Below are positions 8,805-18,418 of a stretch of DNA of 64,000 nucleotides, in pieces. Location: NCBI GenBank assembly GCA_965225945.1, contig CBDDBZ010000030.1:1-64000 (forward strand), written 5' to 3'. The notes under the pieces were generated by a model. The model did not search any database and was not told the origin of the DNA. It was given only the letters and a program-made list of their open reading frames with translations. The translations under genes were made by a program, and so were the position numbers. How positions within the stretch are numbered: position 1 is the stretch's first letter; every line of letters begins with the position of its first letter. This DNA is from Alphaproteobacteria bacterium. GTDB lineage: Bacteria > Pseudomonadota > Alphaproteobacteria > GCA-2731375.

Positions 8805-9340
8805 TCATTTCCTCGCGTCGTGAGAAGCGTGCGCGTCATCGGGAGTTAGATTCCCCCCGATGCTCCCGGTGATCCGGGCCGCGGCGGTCTGGATCGAGTC
8901 CCGCGCCAGGTGCGCATATCGGGCGGTCGTCTGGACCTGGGTGTGACCAAGCATTTCCGATCACCGGCAACCCCTCGCCGAGCGCCAGCGCACGCGACGC
9001 AAAGCTGTGTCTCAAATCATGGATCCGCACGTCGGCGAGCTCGGCCCGCGCCCGGATGCGCCGCCAGGGGTGCTGAAGGTCGGTCAGATGGCTGCCCGGC
9101 TTCCGGCCCGCGATCACCCACGGGTTGTCCTCGTCGCGGGGCAGGCCCTCCAGCAGCCGCGCCGCAGAGGGCGCCAGCGGCACCGCGCGCCCCCCAGTCT
9201 TGGTGTCGGGAAGCCGGAGTTCGCCCGCATCCAGGTCGACATGCTCCCACCGCAGCTTCTGAATCTTCGACAACCGGCAGCCCGTCAGCATCAGAAGTCG
9301 GATCGCCGCCACCGCAGAGCGGGTCGCTGGAGGCGTCTCG
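8805..9340 (-). pseudogene. Tyrosine recombinase/integrase catalytic-domain fragment (5'-truncated, frameshifted)
   Basis: LLMLTGCR...KTG...HDLRHSFAS, then a frameshift near 8955; the alternative frame gives LGHTQVQTTARYAHL ending at TGA 8805. Confidence 0.85.
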
Positions 9341-9344
9341 GATC

Positions 9345-10146
9345 GGTCGTCAGCATCAACGGCTTCATGTTCTACGACCATCTGTGCGGGGAGTGGGGTG
9401 CCGGAGCCGTCGACCTGGTGGTCCATGTGCACCGATGCTCCGTGCCGGACGCGCTGGCCTTCCTCTCGGAACTGCAGGGCCACTCCCGCCGCACGGCACA
9501 TCGTCTCTGCCCACGGGCGCCGAGCCCGCTCAAGCCGGCGCGATCGCAGCGTCAATGGCCGCAGGTGCAACGCTACCTCGTCGACCAGCGCGGCCTCTCG
9601 CCCGTGCTCGTCGCCTTGTGCCGAGACCTCGGCCTCCTCTACGCCGACCACCAGGCCAACGCCGTGTTCCTCTGCCGAAATGCCGCCGGTGAGGAAACCG
9701 GCACCCAGATCCTCCCCACCGGCGCTCAGCGTTCAGGGTCGGGCACTGCCAGAAAACTGGCGCCTTCCCCGCTCACGCCGGGAAGCTTCTGGATGTCCTG
9801 GGGGACCGAGTGGCAGCTCACCGTGCTCATCGCAAAGAACGCCATCGACGCTCTGTCGGTCCTATCCCTCCAGCTCGTGCCGGCCACGCGCAAGGGATGT
9901 GCCGTGGTCTCCACCGCTGCCGTCCCGGCAACCATCCCCATCTGGATCGAGGCCTGGAACCCCCGCCGAATCTACTGTGCCTACGACGCCACGCGCGACG
10001 GCGATGACGCCGCGCAACGGCTACTCCGAAGGGACAACAGGGTCGTCCGCGTCCGGCCCGCCCTCGACGGCGACGACTGGAACGACACGCTCATGCGAGA
10101 CCACCTCGGCGAACCGTTGGAGACCGATGATCGGCGGATAAGCTGA
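9345..10146 (+). pseudogene. DUF3991/TOPRIM-domain primase-like protein of mobile elements, 5'-truncated
   Basis: G.GAVDLV, YL...RGL, YAD...NAVF, AIDALS, AYD...GD.AA, DWND motifs. It has no own start codon; the upstream part of the ORF is antisense integrase. Confidence 0.65.
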
Positions 10147-10601
10147 TCCGCTGCCGCCCGATCACGGCCGAAACAACCTACAAAATCCTGCCCTCGTCAC
10201 CGTCCTTACGGCGGCGGCGCGCAACCGTCAGCCCAAGACAACGCCCCGCGCCGGAACTTCAGCGAATAAGCGCGCTTCTACGCCATCGTTAACAAGCACC
10301 GCCGTCGCCTTGTGCAAATTCTCGGTGGAGGTCTAAATCGCCACGAGGTCCGAAAATTCAAGAACCGCTGCGATGGTCATTCTGTTGAGCGTGGTTTCCT
10401 CGGTGACAACCGCAGGTTGAGGCGGCTGGCGCAAGGCCGCCCAAACTCGCCGCGCGTGTTAGGCGATCCCTCCGCCACCAGCAGCTTTATCCAGCCGGCA
10501 TGTTCCATCGCCGCCAGCATACGCCCCAACTCGCGCCGGCTGTCGATGTCGCCGCAGATCTCGCAATGAGTGGCTGAAACCGGGATCGCTTAGCCCCGCC
10601 A

Positions 10602-11365
10602 CTAGGATCCGTATAGCCCATAATCCCTGCCTGACTTTCGTCCAAACTCCCATGCCGCTCTCCTATTTTCCTCAAATTCCTCCCCTTTCTCGAACGCCTT
10701 AAGTGCAATACCAAAGCTCAAGAGTCCTCGATACATGTAGTTCCAAAAATCATTCCTGTATTCCTTATGGCGACTCGTTCCAAGAATGCCATTTGTGTGA
10801 AATCTGGGCGGATTCCCAAAATAGATATCCATGATTTGGTCAGATGCACCGTGCAAGTATCCCGAATACATTTTGCTGACCGTTCTTGCCGCCTCTGGAC
10901 CGCTTCCCGATTTGTCGTCAGATATCTTGCCGTCCAAATAGGATCGAATCTTTTTTCTGGGAATCACTGGACGTTTTTGGGTAGAAGACATTGCGGTTTC
11001 GGCGTCGAATTCCTCTTCATAGAACGCAACCAGATATCTCTCATGCAGCTCAGAAATGTCATCGTGGATGATCGCTAACGACAAAAACATCACATCTTCG
11101 TTAAATTCATCAAGCATTCGATGTAAGGACGCCTGTTCCTGCACGAATCCATGTTCAACAAGCAACCTCGCGGCACGAAGACCACTTATTATTCGAACCA
11201 GTTTCTGAACAATCGCCTGCTGGATAGTTGGTCCTCGAATCGATACGCTATAGATTCCTCGTCTCCAATTTTTCTGTTCCTCTGCACCGGGTGGGGCAAC
11301 ATGAGGAGAAGAAGCGATAACGTTCGATCCATATGGTCCAACGCGTCATCGTAGCTTTCCTCCAT
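10602..11365 (-). pseudogene. Low-GC hypothetical protein (DUF5677-like), frameshifted near 11225
   Basis: ORFs 11189..11401 and 10602..11165 join by a 1-nt shift into ..YRFED/IQQAIVQKLVRIISGLRAARLLVEHGFVQEQ..R...E...YSGYLHG. RBS before ATG 11365. Confidence 0.55.
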
Positions 11366-11507
11366 ATCTTTTCCCTTTCTATAAGTGGAGCTGCACGACA
11401 TGGCTTCCCGTGCGTCTAGGAATAGCCAAGGGAGTCTGACCCGTCTCCGCCTGCCCGGTCCCTGTCGCGGGAACCGCCCAAAGCAGCTAGCGCCGGTAGA
11501 TCCTGGC

Positions 11508-11765
11508 TCAGACGGGGTTCCACATGCGAAATACGGGACTTTGCCCGAATCGCCTCTGGAACGCGGCGAAAATGTCGTCCACCAGCTTCATGCTCTCACC
11601 GGTGTCGCCCGCGACGGCACCCATCACCACCCTTACCGGTTCCAGCTGCAAGGCACCTGTAGGCGGGAGCCACTGTCCCCGGCCTTCCAGGACGGTCAAC
11701 CCGGCTTGGAAGGGCGTGGTGATCGTGTCCGCAAGGAAGCCGTGCCACTCAACGCTCTGGTTCAC
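11508..11765 (-). pseudogene. DUF3574-like protein fragment
   Basis: EW.GFL...IT..F..GLTV.EG.GQW...E...RFGQ..V pattern. The N-terminus appears degenerate. Confidence 0.5.
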
Positions 11766-12005
11766 GTGCGTCCCCCGTGTCAGTTCAGTGAGGGAGTCCC
11801 AAGCTGTAGCCGTAACTCGTGCGCGACGAGCCCGGTCCGTTTGACCGTCACGACATCACTAGTTCCGACAACAAGCAAAACCCGCCTGGGAGGACTCCCA
11901 CCGTCCTTGTCCAAGGCATGCCACCACCCTGCCGCCACACAGAGCTCCCGGTCATTTCGGCTGGTGCTCGAAGTCCTGAAACATGCAGGTGCTCCGACAC
12001 GGGAA

Positions 12006-12659
12006 TCACTCGTTTCCCACTCGGTTCCCTGATTCGTTGAAGAAATACTGGCCCAGCACGAGGTTTACTCCACGCTGGATGAATTTTCTCTCCCCACCTT
12101 CATCTCGCCTTCCTGCCGCGGCAGAGAGATAGAAACGATACTGCCCGACATCAAACCTCCAACGGTAGGCTGTTTTCGGTGTAGCCCAACCCGCATGAAC
12201 GGCTTGCAGCTCGGCTATCGCCATGACCAGGGAAACAGGGTTGCCGTCCGCCCGCCGCCACAGATTATCGTCACCCAGGAACGAGGTTCTGTCGCAGTTG
12301 GAGAACTGCCAGCCGTCGTTGTCAATCAGCTCCCGGCGAGAGCCGTATGGATGGGTATGGAAATCGCCCAGCAAGGAAAGGTGCGGCGACCAGTGCTTGA
12401 CGATATCGTCCTGCAGAGCGATCACGTCGGAGAACACGTCCGCGCGATCGTTGGCGACCTGCGCCGACACGCATACACTTATCCGGTCGACATGCACATG
12501 TTCGGTCCCGCCGTCCGGGCCGGACCGGCGGAACCCCCACAGGTGAGCGTAGGTCTCTACCGCTTCGCGGCCGTCGTCGTTGCCGAATGCGTAAGCTTCG
12601 CATGCGGCCAGTACCATGCTTTCCAGCGCGCGTTCGGATATCGTCATCTCGATGGTCAC
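12006..12659 (-). CDS. Stand-alone JAB/Mov34/MPN+ metallopeptidase
   Basis: ETYAHLWG (catalytic Glu), LLGDFHTHP and FSNCD complete the E-HxH-S-D motif. Confidence 0.75.
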   Translation of the reverse strand: MTIEMTISERALESMVLAACEAYAFGNDDGREAVETYAHLWGFRRSGPDGGTEHVHVDRISVCVSAQVANDRADVFSDVIALQDDIVKHWSPHLSLLGDFHTHPYGSRRELIDNDGWQFSNCDRTSFLGDDNLWRRADGNPVSLVMAIAELQAVHAGWATPKTAYRWRFDVGQYRFYLSAAAGRRDEGGERKFIQRGVNLVLGQYFFNESGNRVGNE

Positions 12660-12746
12660 GGGTCCGAAGTCCTAGAAGAAAGTGCGTTCGCAGAAGCGGT
12701 GGGCGCCCGAGCCATAACCTGTCATGCCATTGGGGTAGTCGCAATG

Positions 12747-14195
12747 GCGATGTCCCGCCCAATGTTGAAAAGTGCGAGATAGGCATCGTCTGATCGAGAG
12801 GCTACGCGGCCACCTCGATGTCTTCAATGACGGACTTTGCTCCGGCCTTTCTCACCGCCTCCCGCAGGGCGGCGTCAAGGACGGGGAGCTGGCGGTAGGC
12901 CTTGAGGCGGCGGAAGGTCTTTTGCGCCTCCAAGAGGCCGGCGGCGGTCCAACGCAGCGCCATCTCGGCGTTGCGCCAGCGCTTGACGTTCCGCTGCACC
13001 GTCCGGACGGTGCCGATCGCGTTCTCGATGGCGTTGGTGCAAGCCAGCGAGTGTCGAAGTTGCGGCGGGAGGCCGAGCCGGATCACGGTCAGGATCTCGT
13101 CCAGGCCCTCCAGGATCGAGCCCGAGACGCCGGGTGCGTCATGCTCCAGACGGCGGGCGAGGTTGCGCAAGAGCCGTTCGGCCTTGGCCGCGTCGTCCTG
13201 CTGCCAGGCCTGCCGCAAGACCTTCCTGACGCCGGCATGGAGGCTCTCGTCCAGCCGGTCCGTGATGTTGCGCCCCTTGTGCACCTGGCAGCGCTGGAGG
13301 GCCGCCGCCCGCCCGAAGGTCCGCCGGATCGCCTTCGAGAGCGCCTTGGCGCCGTCGACGATGTAGAGCCGAGGCCGTTCGGGATCGAGACCGCGCTCGA
13401 TCAGGTTGTCGAGCATGGCTTGCACCGTGGCCGCGTTCTCCGTCGCGCCCTCGGCCAGGCCCAGCACGTGCTTCGCGCCGCCGGTGTCGATGCCGATCGC
13501 CGCCACCATCAGGTGATCGCCGACATGGAGCCCGTCGATCTGGAGCACCACGAGATCGAGATCGTCGAGCGGGCTCGCCAGCCAGGCCTTCAGCTTGCTT
13601 CGCGTCAACGCCACGAAACGGCGCGAGACCGCCGACTTCGAGGTTGCGTCACCCGATGCCGCCGGCAGATCGCCGCCCGCATCGTCCGGCAGGCGCACCG
13701 CGCGGGCATACTTGCGGGTCGAGACGTTGATCACCATCAGATTCATCGCCCAGGCTTGCAAGAGTTCGGGTTCCGACAGCAGCTCCCAACTCGGCAGGCT
13801 CATCTCCCGACCCGCGAAGTCCCGCACCCGAGGGCGCTCGACCTTCACTTTGCCGCCGTGGTAGGCGATCTCGCTCCGGGTCGTGCCCCATCGATGGCCC
13901 TTGCGCTCGCCCGAGCGGGCGTGGCGCGAACCGCACAAGGCTTCCGCGTCCGCCGACATCATCTCGTTCAAAGACTCGAGGCCCGCCAAAAGGCAGAAGC
14001 GATCGACGCTCATGCGCAGATCGTCGAAGGCCTCCGGCATCGATGGCAAGAGCCGACAGGATGGTTCCGAGGAACGGTCGTTGCGTGTAGTCTTGGTCAT
14101 GGCGTCGTTCTCCTTGATGGAATCAGCACCCAGAGCCTAGCGGCTCCAGGCGGACGACGCCTACTTCAGCTTTTCAACAGAGCCCGGGACATCCC
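12747..14195 (-). mobile_element. IS256-family insertion sequence
   Basis: IRs gcgatgtcccgcccaatgttgaaaag and (rc) gggatgtcccgggctctgttgaaaag. No flanking direct repeat. Confidence 0.8.
12802..14100 (-). CDS. IS256-family transposase
   Basis: Motifs QIDG, VDGAKAL, QRCQVHK, TNAIEN. Confidence 0.9.
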   Translation of the reverse strand: MTKTTRNDRSSEPSCRLLPSMPEAFDDLRMSVDRFCLLAGLESLNEMMSADAEALCGSRHARSGERKGHRWGTTRSEIAYHGGKVKVERPRVRDFAGREMSLPSWELLSEPELLQAWAMNLMVINVSTRKYARAVRLPDDAGGDLPAASGDATSKSAVSRRFVALTRSKLKAWLASPLDDLDLVVLQIDGLHVGDHLMVAAIGIDTGGAKHVLGLAEGATENAATVQAMLDNLIERGLDPERPRLYIVDGAKALSKAIRRTFGRAAALQRCQVHKGRNITDRLDESLHAGVRKVLRQAWQQDDAAKAERLLRNLARRLEHDAPGVSGSILEGLDEILTVIRLGLPPQLRHSLACTNAIENAIGTVRTVQRNVKRWRNAEMALRWTAAGLLEAQKTFRRLKAYRQLPVLDAALREAVRKAGAKSVIEDIEVAA

Positions 14196-15072
14196 GCTCC
14201 CGGCGTGCATGCTGTCGGTTCGACCAGGTAGTGGCCACACATCTGCACGAAGCGCCGGTTGAACGCGCGCTCCTTGCCGATGAGGACGGTCTGCACCGCC
14301 GTCTTCATGTTGTGGTAGATGCCTCGCCGGCAGGCACCCTGGAACAGCCGGAATGCCCGGTCGTGGGCGTCGAACACCATCTCCTGGCTCTCGCGCGGAT
14401 AAGCGCGGACGAAGAACATTGCTCTCGCGCGGATAAGCGCGGACGAAGAACATTCGGCTGTGGCACAGCCGGACGTGCGCGACCTTGACCTTGGTCGTCA
14501 CCCCCGCCAGCACCACGTACTCGTGGCTCCAGTCGAACTGATAGGCCTCGCCCGGCGAGAACACCAACGGCACATAGGTCTGCGCCGTCGATGCCGAACG
14601 GCGCCACCGCCACGCCTTGGCGTAGCGCCGCCACGCCTTGGCGTAGCGCCGCACCGCGTCGTAGCCGCCGCCATAGCCCAGACCCTCGAGGGCTTCGGAG
14701 ATCCGTAGCAGCGTCAGCCGCTCCCGCTTCGACTTGGTCTCGTTGGCCTCCAGCATCCGCTCCAGCTCGGCCGTCCACGGCCCCAGCTTCGGCATCGGCT
14801 GGACCCGCCGGTCGTAGGTGAACGCCGTCGCCTGCGAACAGATCACCTTGCGCACCGTGTTGCCCGAGACCTTCACGTCCCGCACGATCTCCTTGATCGG
14901 CTTCCCCTTGACGAAATACTCCCGCCGGATCCGCGCTATCGTCTCCACGACCAACATCCCCCACCACCTCGTCCGCCCAAAAACGAGGTGACTTGGACTA
15001 GCCAGGCTCAGGGGGTCAAATTTGGACGCCGATCACCCCTCAACAGGGGTCAACTTTGCACGCCGTTCCACA
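14196..15072 (-). mobile_element. istA: IS21-family element, left end plus truncated and frameshifted istA (ATG 14957)
   Basis: MLVVETIARIRR..., PGEAYQFDW and RAYPRE motifs. The TG-starting left end has repeated ttgacccc units (15012-15072). Cut by IS256 at 14195. Confidence 0.85.
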
Positions 15073-15808
15073 CGCCAGGTTGGGATAGATCCGATAGCTA
15101 TGCTTCGAGTCCGTGGTCGCCGGCGCGAAGCTCCGTCGACGCAGGCATAGCAGATTGTCCTCGCGCATCAAACGCAGCACCCGCTTGTGGTTGACGCTCC
15201 AGCCCTCGCGCCGCAACAGCGCCCCGATCCGCCGATAGCCGTAATGTTTGTTGTCGATCGCCAGGCGCTGGAGCTTATCGCGTAACGCCGTTTCCTCAGC
15301 CCTCGGCCTCGATGCCCGCCAATGGCGGTGAAAGCTCGATCGGCTCAGCCCCATCAGATCGCACATCCGTCCCATGCTCAATCCGCCTTGCCGCCGCGAC
15401 CCGGCCCGGACGAGGCCGAAGACGCGCTCCCGCCAGAGCGACCGTTCGCTCCGCGGCAGCTCTCCGAGAGCCGCAAGGCTTGCCTGAAAAAATCCGCTTC
15501 CAAGGCCTGCTGGCCGACCTTCCGCTCCAGCTCGGCGATCCGCCGGCGCGCCAGGCTCAGGGCATCCGGCCGGACCGCCGGAACAGCACTTTCGGACCCG
15601 GCGCGGAGGCATCGCGCCACTCGTAGAGCAGCTTGCGCCGGACCTCGAGCTCGCGTGACAGCGCCGAGACGTTCTCGCCCGACTCCATCCGCGCCAGCGC
15701 CGACAGCTTGAAGTCTCGGCTGAAACGCCGTGCACCTTTTCGTTCCATCAGTTCCTCCTCGGAAGAACTGTCACTCATTTCTCTGTGTCAGGACAGGGGT
15801 GCGGTCCA
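15073..15808 (-). mobile_element. IS3-family element, left end with damaged orfA and truncated orfB
   Basis: orfA RRFSRDFKL...LLYEWR...IAELERKVGQ and orfB YGYRRI.ALLRREGW.VNHKRV.RLMRE..L. End sequence tggaccgcacccctgtcctgacaca. Cut by IS21. Confidence 0.85.
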
Positions 15809-15814
15809 GTAGAT

Positions 15815-16178
15815 TTCCGGGGACAGTTACCGGTTTTCCCCGGCTATGCCGCCGTGTCGTCCTCCGCTCGGTTTTTTCGCGGTCGGCCGGGGCGGCGGGG
15901 GCGGCCGGGGCGCAAGCGTCGGCATCAGGATCAGATGAACGTGGTTCGGCACCAGGCAATAGGCCCAGCAGGCGACGCCCGTTCGCGTGCAGGCCTCGGC
16001 CAGCACCTCGAGATAGGCCCGGTAGTCCGCCTCTTCGAAGAAGGTCTCCATCCGCCGGACGCCGCGCTGCGTCACCTGAAGCGGCTCGCCCGGAACCACC
16101 ACTCGTGCCATCCGTGCCATGGGGTAACGTTAAGCGAATATCGTGAGGGCATCAAGAAATCGGTAACTGTCCCCGGAA
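15815..16178 (-). mobile_element. Internally deleted REP-associated (Y1/HUH) tyrosine transposase element with 22-bp terminal inverted repeats
   Basis: ORF 15827..16120 MARMARVVVPG...TQRG.RR..TF...WAYCL.PNHVHLI. IRs at 15815-15836 and 16157-16178 match at 21/22 and contain GGGGACAG. Confidence 0.75.
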
Positions 16179-16194
16179 TTGTCCCCGGAATTCG

Positions 16195-16530
16195 CGGGGC
16201 TTCGACCTCGGGCCCCCGCTCGAGGCCCCGGTCAAGGTCTTCGAGGGGAGTGCCGGCGAGGCCGCCGCCGCCTTCCCCCGGCACTTCAACGTCGCCGTCG
16301 CGTTGAGCCTCGCCGGGCTCGGCTTCGCGCGCACAAGAGTCGAGATCTGGGCCGATGCCGGCATCGCCGGCGCCGTCCACCAGGTCGCCGTGCAATCGGA
16401 CGCGATCGAATTGGAGCTGATCAGCCGCAACCGGCCGTCGGCCACCAATCCGCGCACCTCGCGCGCCGTGGCGCCGAGCGTGATGGCGGCGCTTCGCGGC
16501 CTGGCGAGCTCGGTTCAGGTGGGGAGTTGA
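16195..16530 (+). pseudogene. C-terminal fragment of L-aspartate dehydrogenase (NadX/DUF108-like)
   Basis: VFEGSAGEAAAAFP..FNVAVALSLAGLGFARTRVEIWAD...NPRTS...SVMAALR. The 5' half was removed at the RAYT element end. Confidence 0.7.
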
Positions 16531-16747
16531 CGGCCGCCCGGGGCCGCGTCGCTCCGCCCTTGACCTCGGGTTCCGAAACCGGTTCACGCGACATCCGGAG
16601 GGAGGGCTGGTGCCGCCGGCTCGGGCGAGCGCGCGACACGTCTCCTCGACAAGAACCGCGTCCATGTAACCAGGGAGGAAGGCAAGATACAAGACCTGAC
16701 CCCATATCGTTGGGCCCAACACTCCTAGCACACGAGGGAGAAAGCGG

Positions 16748-17730
16748 ATGAAGGTTGTTTCAGTGACAAATTACAAGGGTGGTGTCGGAAAGACGACGAC
16801 TACTGCCAACTTAGCGGCGGAGCTAGCGTGGAGGAACCGGAAGGTATTGCTTCTTGACTTAGACGCTCAATCAAGCTTGACATTTTCGTTCGTTCGACCT
16901 GATTTCTGGGAGAGTAACTTGGCGGAAGACGGAACTATAAAGGCGTGGTTTGACTCCTTCAACACGGGTACATCTATCTCTCTTGAATCGCTTGTTATTG
17001 AACCAGAGACTGTTAAGGGTCGCCTGAAGGCGCACGGCGGCCTTTTTCTTATACCATCACATTTAGGCCTCATTAATTTTGACCTTGAGTTGGCTACTGA
17101 ATTAGGTGGCGCAAGCTTGAAGCAATCTAAAGCTAACTTTCTCAAGGTACACAGACGGCTATTGGATGGGATTAAGGATCTAGACTCAGATAGTTACGAC
17201 ATAATCCTTATTGACTGCCCTCCAAACTTCAACATTGCCACGAAGACGGCAATTGTTGCGAGTGATGAGATTTTGATCCCCGCAAAGCCTGACTACCTAT
17301 CTACCTTGGGGATCGACTACCTAATTCGAAACCTGAGTGAGTTGGTCAAAGATTACAATGAGTACGCAGAACTTGACGCAGGCGATGCCGTAGACACAAT
17401 TCAACCCAACGTTTTAGGCGTTGTGTTTACCATGATGCAGATTTATAGTGGGGAGCCAATCTCAGCCCAACGCCCGTACATTTCTCAAACGCCCGTACAT
17501 TTCTCAAACGCCCGTACAAGAGTCTAGGTGTTTCGGTTTTTGACGCTTGGATTCGTGAAAACAAGACGCTCTTTTCGAACGCGCCAGAATAAAACAAGGC
17601 GCTCTTTTCGAACGCGCCAGAATATGGTGTGCCGGTAGTACTGAAGACCTTTCCTCAAGACACCTACCGTAACGTTGTCAATGAGTTGGAGGGAATTGTT
17701 TCCGAGTTTGAGCTCCGAGCAGGAATCTAG
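16748..17730 (+). pseudogene. ParA/MinD-family ATPase, 3' end disrupted by tandem duplications
   Basis: Motifs KGGVGKTT, DLDAQ and IDCPP. Removing the duplications at 17469-17518 and 17558-17623 restores ..RENKTLFSNAPEYGVPVVL..ELRAGI* ending at 17730. Confidence 0.85.
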
Positions 17731-17752
17731 ATCGAAAAGTGATGACAGGGTT

Positions 17753-18207
17753 ATGGAGGCAAAAATAAAAGAGATAATCTTGGCCCTTCTTGCCGATCTT
17801 ATGAGCCAAATTCGCGGACTCGATGAACGCGAGTTATCAGAGGTTCTTGACTTGACGGCCGTGCGCGTGTGGAGGTACGTATCATTCGGAAGAAGGGCTC
17901 TTCGGCAAGCAAGAGGCGTAGTGAATTATCTGATCATAGATTGCTGGAAGTTGCGGAAAGTCTAAAGCTTATGGACACGCGAGAAGAGGGTCGTCGGCTG
18001 CTGGAAGATTCGACTGACACTAAAGATGATGTTGTGCGATTGGCAAGGCACTTGGATGTGCCATTTCAGAAAAGCGACACAACAGAGCAGATCAAAGCTC
18101 GTGTCATCGAAACAACAATCGGATAAAAGCTCCGGTCAGCTGCTATACAAGGCCAAGCTAAGTCAACGCAAAGTGACAAAAAAGCGAAAATTAGCGAACC
18201 ATCCTAA
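17753..18207 (+). pseudogene. Small hypothetical partner of parA (frameshift and nonsense codon)
   Basis: A 5-bp duplication (cttga, 17846-17855) links ORF 17675..17965 to ORF 17869..18126. The frame continues past TAA 18124 as KLRSAAIQG to 18207. Confidence 0.55.
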
Positions 18208-18418
18208 GGTTCAAGGTCCAGGTCTTGAATCTTGAATTCCAAGCTCCGACCGGATCTCCTCGAGTTCACCACACCCCGCCGTCGTTCTCATGGAGGAGGG
18301 TCGCCCGGGTCGGCGGCGGGGACCGGCGATGTGTGCAAGGCAGAATTTCTGTACTCCGGTTTCAGACCCCGCGACCGAATTCAGAATTCAGCGCCGATGC
18401 CATGAACCCCGAAGGCGT

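Noticed and set aside
11792-11899. Imperfect IR gggagtcccaagc / gcctgggaggactccc as a possible ncRNA
   Set aside because: The stem is short and bulged, it probably lies in the decayed 5' part of the DUF3574-like gene, and there is no other support.
16708-16720. gttgggcccaac as an integron attC/attI core before parA
   Set aside because: It fits GTTRRRY and RYYYAAC, but there are no L boxes, no matching attC after the cassette and no IntI-type integrase.
17469-17623. Direct repeats resembling a mini-CRISPR or iterons
   Set aside because: The copies are adjacent with no spacers and duplicate parA coding sequence; no cas or rep gene is present.
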